Source of the DNA: Candidatus Bathyarchaeota archaeon
Lineage (GTDB): Archaea; Thermoproteota; Bathyarchaeia; Bathyarchaeales; Bathycorpusculaceae
Length of the DNA stretch: 64,000 bases
NCBI GenBank assembly: GCA_963722095.1
Contig: CAVRJR010000002.1
Span: 129,141-193,140 of the forward strand
Reading direction: 5' to 3'
Program-made: the position numbers and the translations under genes
In this document: one piece after another, positions 57,601 through 64,000 of the stretch
How positions within the stretch are numbered: the first letter of the stretch is position 1
Layout: each line of letters begins with the position of its first letter
The notes under the pieces: model-generated
Database searches by the model: none
The model's input: the letters and a program-made list of their open reading frames with translations, nothing else
Told to the model about the DNA's origin: nothing

Positions 57601-60600
57601 CAGCGTTCAGTGCCTGAGCCTGCAAGGATCGGGTTAGTCATCGACCAAGTGGAGCCGGCGTCAAACCAGTAGGGTGAAGATGTAATGGTTAGCGACTGCG
57701 CGATTGGTGAACCGAACTGGTTAGCTGTGAAGGCTGGTGCTACCGTCGGTGTGGTGAAGTCAGATGTGGAATAGCTGAGCATCTCGGCGAATTGGTTGTA
57801 GTATATTGGGTTAATCGGTGATGTAACTGGGCCTACGCTGGCTGCAACGGTCGATTTACCGCTTGAGATTGCCAGGTTTGTCTGCCAGCGCTCGCTGGAG
57901 CTTGACCCAGTTAAAGGATTAGTGTATGTAACGGGTGTGCCTGCGTCTGCCCAGTCGTTAGCTGAGTTTCCGGTTGTGGCAATCATGGTTTGGGCTACAC
58001 CGAACTGCGTGTAGTAAACGGTTGGGGCAGATGAGCCTGAGGCGCCGCCGCTTACAGTGTACTCAAACACTACTAGGAATTGATGGTAGTAGTTTGGAGC
58101 TATTGTGGCTGCGCCTGAGATCGTGCCTGATGTGCCTGATGTTGCGTCCCAGCGTTGGTTGCCGCTGTTAATCGGGTTGTTGACGCTCCAAGCTGATCCT
58201 GCGTCAAGCCATACTGTTTGTGTGGTGGTGGTTAGGGTCAAGGTGAATGCTGAGTTCCCGAACTGTGTCCCTGAGAGCACGACGTTTGAGAATGGTGTGG
58301 AGCTGTCAGTGGTGCTGTAGCTGGCTGAAACTTGGTACTGGTGATAGTACATTGGAGCAATCGTGATTGCACCTGAAACTGTACCAGAAGCGCCCGAAGC
58401 AGCGTCCCAGCGTTGAGTGCCGCTAGTGATTGGGTTGTTAACGCTCCAAGCTGTGGTAGCATCCAACCAGATGTTCTGAGCAGTCGTTGTCAGAGTCACT
58501 GTGAAAGCAGAGTTACCGGACTGAGTACCGCTTAGGACTACTGAGGCTGAAGGAGTAGAAGTGTCTGAGGTACTGTAGCTTGCTGTAACTTTGTACTGGT
58601 GATAGTACAGTGGAGACACAGCTGAAGATGCGCCTACAGTTCCAGAGGTTCCAGAGGTAGCAATCCAATGTTCAGCGCTTGAAGCCGTAATCGGGTTATT
58701 AACGCTCCAAGCTGTGGTAGCATCCAACCAGATGTTCTGAGCAGTCGTTGTCAGAGTCACTGTGAAAGCAGAGTTACCGGACTGAGTACCGCTTAGGACT
58801 ACTGAGGCTGAAGGAGTAGAAGTGTCTGAGGTACTGTAGCTTGCTGTAACTTTGTACTGGTGATAGTACAGTGGAGACACAGCTGAAGATGCGCCTACAG
58901 TTCCAGAGGTTCCAGAGGTAGCAATCCAATGTTCAGCGCTTGAAGCCGTAATCGGGTTATTAACACTCCAAGCTGTGGTAGCATCCAACCAGATGTTCTG
59001 AGCAGTCGTTGTCAGAGTCACTGTGAAAGCAGAGTTACCGGACTGAGTACCGCTTAGGACTACTGAGGCTGAAGGAGTAGAAGTGTCTGAGGTACTGTAG
59101 CTTGCTGTAACTTTGTACTGGTGATAGTACAGTGGAGACACAGCTGAAGATGCGCCTACAGTTCCAGAGGTTCCAGAGGTAGCAATCCAATGTTCAGCGC
59201 TTGAAGCCGTAATCGGGTTATTAACACTCCAAGCTGTGGTAGCATCCAACCAGATGTTCTGAGCAGTCGTTGTTAAAGTCACGGTGAATGCTGAGTTACC
59301 GAACTCTGTTCCTGATAAGATGACTGCTGCGGAGGGTGTCGAGCTATCAGAGGTGCTGTAGCTTGTCGAAAACGCGTATTGGTGGTAGTATTGTAGGGCT
59401 ATGGTGGTTACGGCGCTTGAAGCCAGTGAGCCTGAGGCTGTTTGTACATCCCAACGTTCGGTTGAGCTTGAGCTGCCGAGTGGATTGGTTGCAGCCCATG
59501 AGGCACCCGCGTCGAACCAGTAGCTTGTAGGCGTCGTCGTCAAGACCTGACCTGTGGAAGAACCGTATTGGTTAGCTGTGAAGGTTGGAGCATCAGGTGA
59601 ACCGCCACCAACCACGCTGTATGATAAGATGTCGTTGAATTGGTGGTAGTATTGTAGCACAAAGGCTGCGACGTTGGTGTATGACAGGACGCCTGTGAAT
59701 GCTTGGGTTGTTTGCCAGCGTTCAGTTGAACCTGAGCCGCTGAGTGTCTGGGGCATTGACCAGGAGGCGCCTGCGTCAAACCAATAGTTCGTGGGCGTCG
59801 TCGTTAAGACTTGTCCGAACGGAGAGCCCAGGTAGAAGGCTGTGAATGTTGGGGCTGCTGGTGAGCCGCCGCCGATTACGCTGTACGATAGCAGGTCGTA
59901 GAACTGGTGGTAGCACTGGAGCGCGATTGTGGTTACGGCGCTTGAAGCCAGTGAGCCTGAGGCTGTTAGGACTTGCCAGCGTTCGTTGCTTGTGGAGGTG
60001 CCCAGTGGGTTAGTTGAGGCCCACGTCGCGCCTGCGTCGAACCAGTAGCCGGTGGGGTTCATCGTCAGGACTACGCCGTTGGATGTGCCGAACTGGTTAG
60101 CCGTGAATGTTGGGGCTGTAGGCGAGCCGCCGCCGATCAGGCTGTATGAGAGGACTTCTAAGTACTGGTTGTAGTAGGCAACGTCGGCCGTTACGGCGCT
60201 TGTTACTGAAGCAACCGCAGTGTGTGTACCCGAATCTGATGAGGTGACCATCCAGCGTTCAGATCCTGAAGTGATCGGGCTTACATATGTTACTGGGAAT
60301 GATGCGTCGGACCAAACTTGGCTGGAAGTGTCTAAGGCTGGAGTTGCGGTGGTTGTTGAGCCGAAGGTGTAGTAGGTAACGATGTTTGCTACTGATGAGG
60401 GTACGCCTGAGTTGACGACATGGTACTGTAAGGTTACCAGCCATTGCTGGTAGTAGTACGTTGAAATAACCATGTAGCCTATCGTTGACGTTACGCCTGA
60501 GTCATATTGGGTTGCCCAACGTTCAGTTGATCCTGAGCCTGGGAGTGTGCTCGGTAAGCTATATGATGAGCCCGCGTCAAACCAGTAGAAGGTTGGCGTT

Positions 60601-63600
60601 GTTGTTAATACTTGTCCGTACGATGAACCATAGAGATTAGCCGTGAACGTTGGCGCACTGGAGCCAGTTGATGATCCGACTATGCCATAGGATAGCTCAT
60701 CATTAAACTGGTGGTAGTAGGTGTAACTCATTGTGTCGGTTGAGCTTACTGTGCCGGAGAAGATTCCAGCGGGGTTTGCTTGCCAGCGTTCGTAGGTGGT
60801 GGGTGAAAGCGGGTTAGTTACGCTCCATGAGGCACCGTTGTCAAGCCAGTATGCCGTAGCCGCACCTGTCAAACTTGGGTTGTACGGTGCGCCGAACTGA
60901 GTAGATGTCAAAGTTGGAGCAGTTGGGTTGCCGCCGCCGCTTACTAAGTAACTTAAGGCAAACGCGAACTGGTGATAGTACGCGGATTCTGAAAGTGTGC
61001 CGCTGCCTGAAACTGCCAGAACAGTTGGTGAAGTCGCTAGAGCCCAGCGTTCAGTGCCTGATAAGGCAGTTGCCGTCACGTAGCTGACTTTGGCTGCGCC
61101 TGCGTCAACCCATGTGGCTGCTGCTGGAGTTACTCCGCCTGAGCCGTCAGAGGTGATTGGTTGGCTGACGCCGAACTGGGAGTAGCTGCCGACGGTTAAG
61201 CCATTATCTATGTATGTTCCGTCGTTTGTGACTGAGTAGCCGAAGGTGACTTGGTACTGATGATAGTATGGTTCGTTGATGACGGTGAAGGTGTCGATGT
61301 TTACGCTGACTGGTGAAATGACCAGTGCCCACTGCTCTGTGCTCGAGTATGCTACGGTGTTGAATGTGACTTGGGCGATGCCTGCGTCAACCCATCCTGA
61401 GGCAGGTGTGATTGCGCCTGAAGAGTCAATTGACAGGGTTTGGGTTACGCCGAATTTCTGGAATGAACCGACGATTGAACCTGTTGGAATCGCGCTTGTG
61501 TCCTGTGTGGTGTACAGGAAAGCAACGCTCCACTGGTGGAAGTATGGTGGATCAGCTGTCATGTCGGAGGCGCTGACGTGGGCGATTACTGTATGGGTTG
61601 GTCCGATGTCGCTTGCGTCTATCATGTAGCGTTCGTGGCCTGAAATTGAAACTGGCGAAAGATAGGTCACTGCGGTAGTGGCGTCTGCCCAGTCGGTGCC
61701 AGAATGGCCCGAACCTGTGACCCAAGTGCTGGTGGTTCCTTGAAGGTCGCCGACATTGTCGGTTGACAGGTGTAGTGTGTTGCCGAACTGCTGGTAGAAC
61801 ACTAAGTTTGGCTGGTTTGATATGGCTGTGCCATCGTTGGCCGAGTAGTCGAAGGATACGAGATACTGGTGGTAGAAGTATTGGTTGACTGTGGTGGAAT
61901 TAGTGATGGTTTGGTAGAAGGGTGAGAGGTTGGTTAATACTGCCCACCGTTCATTGCTGACTGAGAAGGCGTTCCAAGTGAAGAATTGCAGCGTGTTAGT
62001 GCCTGCATCTACCCAATCGTTGGCCGGAACATAATTGTAGCCGAACTCGGGTGAATAGGAATATGTAGCCTGGTATCCACCATACCAAGATACAGACCAT
62101 ATATCTCCGCTGTTTGAGCCGAATTGCGTGTATGAGCCGATTTGAGTATAGTACCATGCCCCTGGAGAGTTAGGGTCCTGAATATTGCTGCCGTCGCTTG
62201 TTGTCCAGCTGAAAGTCATGAAGTACTGGTGATAGTATGTTGCGCTTACACTGTTTATGGTTGCGCTGTACTCAGTGTCAAGCGTAGCCCACTGTTCGGT
62301 TCCTGATGAGCCGCCTAGCGTGAACGGATAATAGACTGTGGAGCTTGCGTTGACCCATTCGCTTGGCCAACCTGCAGATGTAGCCGTGACAGTGCTGTAG
62401 ACACCATTGTCATAGTAACCTACCAGTGGTTCGCTGTACCCTGAGCCTGCTGGTGTATTCGCAATTGAGTATTCGAAAGTCATCCAGTACTGCCTGTAGT
62501 ATACGACGTTTGCTGTGCCTGTGGCGTGTATGGGGGATGTTAAGCCGCTTGTGCTGTGAACGACGAATTGTTCGCCGGTGATTCCGCCGACTGGAGTAGA
62601 CCAGCTGAATGTTGTTCCGTCGTCAACCCACACGCTGGTAGGCAATGAGTTATAATCGTATGTGCTTGCTCCAAGTGTTAGGACAGTGTTGGATCCAGCG
62701 TCGCTGTCGATGCCTGTCTGGGAGAAGGATACTTGCCATTGTGTAACGTAGTTGCCTGTTAATGTGCCAGCGGCAGAAACCGTGATAGTGTCAGATTGGG
62801 CAGTATCTAAACCCGAAGTTGAATCCCAACGGTACTGTTCGCCAGAGTTAGTGCTCGTAACTGGGCTAACGAAAGAGTAGCTAAGCGAAGCACCATTATC
62901 AACCCAGATTGAATCGCCAGAAACACTAATCGGGTTGGAACCTGAGTATGAACCGCCAGAAACACTCCAGGACACCAAGTTACCTGAAGCATCAGCAGCC
63001 AAACCTGAACTGCCAAAGGTCACTTGCCACTGGATTACATATTGGGCAGAGAGGGTGCTTGGTGCAGAAATGGTGTCCGTGCCGCTTTGACCTGTGTCCA
63101 AACCCCAAGTGCCAGTCCAACGGTAGCGCTCGCCTGAGTTGCTGCTTGCAATGTTGGTTTCGAACGAGTAACTTAGTGAAGCGCCGCTGTCAACCCATAT
63201 GTACGTAATAGAGGAAGTATCAACTGTTATCGGGTTTGAACCTGAGGCTGAGCCGCCGCTGACGCTCCAAGTTGCTAAGTTATAGCCATTTGCGAGGCTG
63301 GAGATGCCCCATGGGTCAAAGATTACTTTGTACTGTGTCTTGTATGTGCCTGTTACGGTTACTGGACCTGAAAGCCCTGTAACAGGTGAAGAGTCAGTGC
63401 TTGTCTTAACGTACTGTACGCCAGCAGAGCCTGGAACAGTTGCTGTGAAGGAGTAAGTCACCGAGCCGCTGGTAGCGTCAACCCAAACACTGTAAGGCAA
63501 ATCAGCCAGAGCTTCATCGGAGCCGCCAACGTTTACAACGGTGCCTGAAGCGTCACCGCCTAAACCACTTGTAGTGAAAGTTACCAGATACTGAGTCTTA

Positions 63601-64000
63601 TAATCAGCTGTCAAAGTAAGCGGGCCAGTCATAGATACAGAAGAACGCGGGTTACTCATGGACAAATCGCTCCACTGAGTAAACACAAACTGTGTGCCTG
63701 TAGCCCCTGCAATGGTTGCGTCGATACCGATGGTTCCAGTTGAGGAGGAAGCATCGAACCATTGGGTAAACGCTGATCCGTCGTAGGCTGTTCCAACAGA
63801 TGATCCGCCTAAGTAGACATTGGTTGGGTATGAAGATGAGCTTAGACCACTTGTCTGCACAGTTAACAAGTATTGTGTCTTGTATGTGGCTGCATCTGAG
63901 CCGTAGGTGGTAATAGGCGAGGATAGCCCGGAATCGCCTGTGTAGACAAATTGCTCACCGGTTGTTCCAGCTACTGCGGAAGACCAGGTGAAGGACGCGC
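54669..64000 (-). CDS. giant Ser/Thr-rich surface protein (>3100 aa, 5' end outside the window) with many ~85-95-aa beta repeats and a C-terminal TM anchor
   Basis: frame stays open to the window end; repeats YYHQ(Y/F)..SY..P..FG..WxDAG..ERW; C-terminal TM helix then RRRQK. Confidence 0.9.
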   Translation of the reverse strand, partial: ASFTWSSAVAGTTGEQFVYTGDSGLSSPITTYGSDAATYKTQYLLTVQTSGLSSSSYPTNVYLGGSSVGTAYDGSAFTQWFDASSSTGTIGIDATIAGATGTQFVFTQWSDLSMSNPRSSVSMTGPLTLTADYKTQYLVTFTTSGLGGDASGTVVNVGGSDEALADLPYSVWVDATSGSVTYSFTATVPGSAGVQYVKTSTDSSPVTGLSGPVTVTGTYKTQYKVIFDPWGISSLANGYNLATWSVSGGSASGSNPITVDTSSITYIWVDSGASLSYSFETNIASSNSGERYRWTGTWGLDTGQSGTDTISAPSTLSAQYVIQWQVTFGSSGLAADASGNLVSWSVSGGSYSGSNPISVSGDSIWVDNGASLSYSFVSPVTSTNSGEQYRWDSTSGLDTAQSDTITVSAAGTLTGNYVTQWQVSFSQTGIDSDAGSNTVLTLGASTYDYNSLPTSVWVDDGTTFSWSTPVGGITGEQFVVHSTSGLTSPIHATGTANVVYYRQYWMTFEYSIANTPAGSGYSEPLVGYYDNGVYSTVTATSAGWPSEWVNASSTVYYPFTLGGSSGTEQWATLDTEYSATINSVSATYYHQYFMTFSWTTSDGSNIQDPNSPGAWYYTQIGSYTQFGSNSGDIWSVSWYGGYQATYSYSPEFGYNYVPANDWVDAGTNTLQFFTWNAFSVSNERWAVLTNLSPFYQTITNSTTVNQYFYHQYLVSFDYSANDGTAISNQPNLVFYQQFGNTLHLSTDNVGDLQGTTSTWVTGSGHSGTDWADATTAVTYLSPVSISGHERYMIDASDIGPTHTVIAHVSASDMTADPPYFHQWSVAFLYTTQDTSAIPTGSIVGSFQKFGVTQTLSIDSSGAITPASGWVDAGIAQVTFNTVAYSSTEQWALVISPVSVNIDTFTVINEPYYHQYQVTFGYSVTNDGTYIDNGLTVGSYSQFGVSQPITSDGSGGVTPAAATWVDAGAAKVSYVTATALSGTERWALATSPTVLAVSGSGTLSESAYYHQFAFALSYLVSGGGNPTAPTLTSTQFGAPYNPSLTGAATAYWLDNGASWSVTNPLSPTTYERWQANPAGIFSGTVSSTDTMSYTYYHQFNDELSYGIVGSSTGSSAPTFTANLYGSSYGQVLTTTPTFYWFDAGSSYSLPSTLPGSGSTERWATQYDSGVTSTIGYMVISTYYYQQWLVTLQYHVVNSGVPSSVANIVTYYTFGSTTTATPALDTSSQVWSDASFPVTYVSPITSGSERWMVTSSDSGTHTAVASVTSAVTADVAYYNQYLEVLSYSLIGGGSPTAPTFTANQFGTSNGVVLTMNPTGYWFDAGATWASTNPLGTSTSNERWQVLTASGSLASSAVTTIALQCYHQFYDLLSYSVIGGGSPAAPTFTAFYLGSPFGQVLTTTPTNYWFDAGASWSMPQTLSGSGSTERWQTTQAFTGVLSYTNVAAFVLQYYHQFNDILSYSVVGGGSPDAPTFTANQYGSSTGQVLTTTPTSYWFDAGASWAATNPLGSSSSTERWDVQTASGSLASSAVTTIALQYYHQYAFSTSYSTSDSSTPSAAVILSGTEFGNSAFTVTLTTTAQNIWLDATTAWSVNNPITASSAEHWIATSGTSGTVGASSAVSPLYYHQYKVTASYSTSDTSTPSASVVLSGTQSGNSAFTVTLTTTAQNIWLDATTAWSVNNPITASSAEHWIATSGTSGTVGASSAVSPLYYHQYKVTASYSTSDTSTPSASVVLSGTQSGNSAFTVTLTTTAQNIWLDATTAWSVNNPITASSAEHWIATSGTSGTVGASSAVSPLYYHQYKVTASYSTSDTSTPSASVVLSGTQSGNSAFTVTLTTTAQNIWLDATTAWSVNNPITSGTQRWDAASGASGTVSGAITIAPMYYHQYQVSASYSTTDSSTPFSNVVLSGTQFGNSAFTLTLTTTTQTVWLDAGSAWSVNNPINSGNQRWDATSGTSGTISGAATIAPNYYHQFLVVFEYTVSGGASGSSAPTVYYTQFGVAQTMIATTGNSANDWADAGTPVTYTNPLTGSSSSERWQTNLAISSGKSTVAASVGPVTSPINPIYYNQFAEMLSYSTSDFTTPTVAPAFTANQFGSPIAQSLTITSSPYWFDAGSTWSMTNPILAGSGTERWQTVQAYTGVLSYTNVVTISPLYYHQFAFTLSYSVSGGGSPTAPTLTSTQFGVAYTPSLTGTATAYWLDNGASWTVTNLLTGSGSTERWQTNQSPTSGTVSATQTIAYTYYHQYLITASYSISDSTMPSSNIVLSGTQFGNTGFTLTLTTSPQSAWLDAGTTLTYPTNIVTSATTERWYTLSSGSQTVSSSYSLTIAYYHQFEVTVSYSTSDGSTLPGSIQLDAWRFGSWTGQIYLTTTPQQLWIDAPGAWSLQPTVVTAGSGTERWDANIGSGTANGAVTIAPVYYHQYEFTASYSTSDGSTPSATVLLRGYQFGNDGYQLTLTTTAQTGWLDANDPWSVNNGHPIVAGSGTERWAATSGTTGTVNSAVTISPYYYHQYYLTFSYTVSGGGNPTSPTANYLQYGTYQSQAASTDSSSSNWVDEGAAGYSIVYYTYPSFAGLGGSTSSQRWITSYGAGSVVALGGTPGAPVLSAVTSAQTVNPTYYHQFLLTLEYSIANTPAGSPTITNIVSYTTFGSAATATPATGATSTVWSDANSAVTYNSPIVSSNERWIVTSADAGTYTVLSSVTAATTTNPSYYNQYKIPANYTTSDNSTPTSSIILTGTQFGSSAFSLTLTTTTQSPWLDAGSTWAVNNTITSGTQQWVPSNGIIGTVSATLTIVPLYTHQYQITFNVSPSAGGSVSPTGTQWETVGTISISSSTSTGYTFSSWSSSSNQIASATSSYTTVTVSGPGTVTANFALITYQIKVTQSNDGTISPGTSTVDYGSSKTFTITPTSGFYITDVKVDGSSVGAPTSYEFSSIQGGHTITASFAPISLTVPVTVQATVTSTNSTYSVQYVGNATLSDLTITPIPSDSTTQVTFTITGQSGTSGFVNITLPKSMIPLGNTPSVYIDGQLSANQGFSQDGTNYYVWFTTHFSTHQVKITFVTPTPTITPSPTPPPTSNTLWYVVTIVVVVAVVVAAAGLMLSRRRQKAQ
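58441..59272. repeat. near-identical 261-bp (87-codon) tandem repeat, ~3.2 copies, inside the giant gene
   Basis: GATAGTACAGTGGAGAC recurs at 58601, 58862 and 59123; only isolated SNPs (aacgct/aacact). Confidence 0.92.

Noticed and set aside
55387-63208. Numerous short plus-strand and alternate-frame ORFs within the giant gene, and similar shadow ORFs across the window
   Set aside because: These are antisense or off-frame shadows of well-supported genes with no independent evidence.

Overview
Archaeal chromosomal window, most likely Bathyarchaeia or another TACK lineage. This is an inference from the CdvB-like ESCRT-III gene, Trm1, archaeal IleRS, a PEF-CTERM surface protein and a tRNA-Tyr with BHB introns. 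Housekeeping genes (ileS, aspartate kinase, proC, trm1, pfkA, ABC transporters, an M20 peptidase) and three tRNAs (Ala-CGC, two-intron Tyr-GTA, Gly-GCC) are interleaved with large surface proteins, an IS200-type element and two accessory islets. The most striking structure is at 24.5-26.8 kb. An intact RHH-like gene is followed by two more copies of only its 3' ~140-160 bp. These copies start at nearly the same point, differ mostly at synonymous sites, and each 3' end is followed by a different toxin-antitoxin-type module. The layout resembles an integron-like cassette array whose attachment site lies inside a protein-coding gene; no integrase is present in the window. A second integrase-less islet (wHTH plus nucleotidyltransferase) is bracketed by tRNA-Gly and a 5'-truncated copy of it. 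Other notable items are a DUF2400-like/PD-(D/E)XK fusion next to tRNA-Ala, a DCD-like protein, a BlaI/M56 pair sharing a palindromic operator with a divergent regulator, a chimeric Ig-TM-cytoplasmic gene and a >3000-aa repeat protein. Two +1 frameshifts (ileS and a wHTH gene) look like sequencing errors. All family assignments come from motifs recognised by eye, not from database searches.
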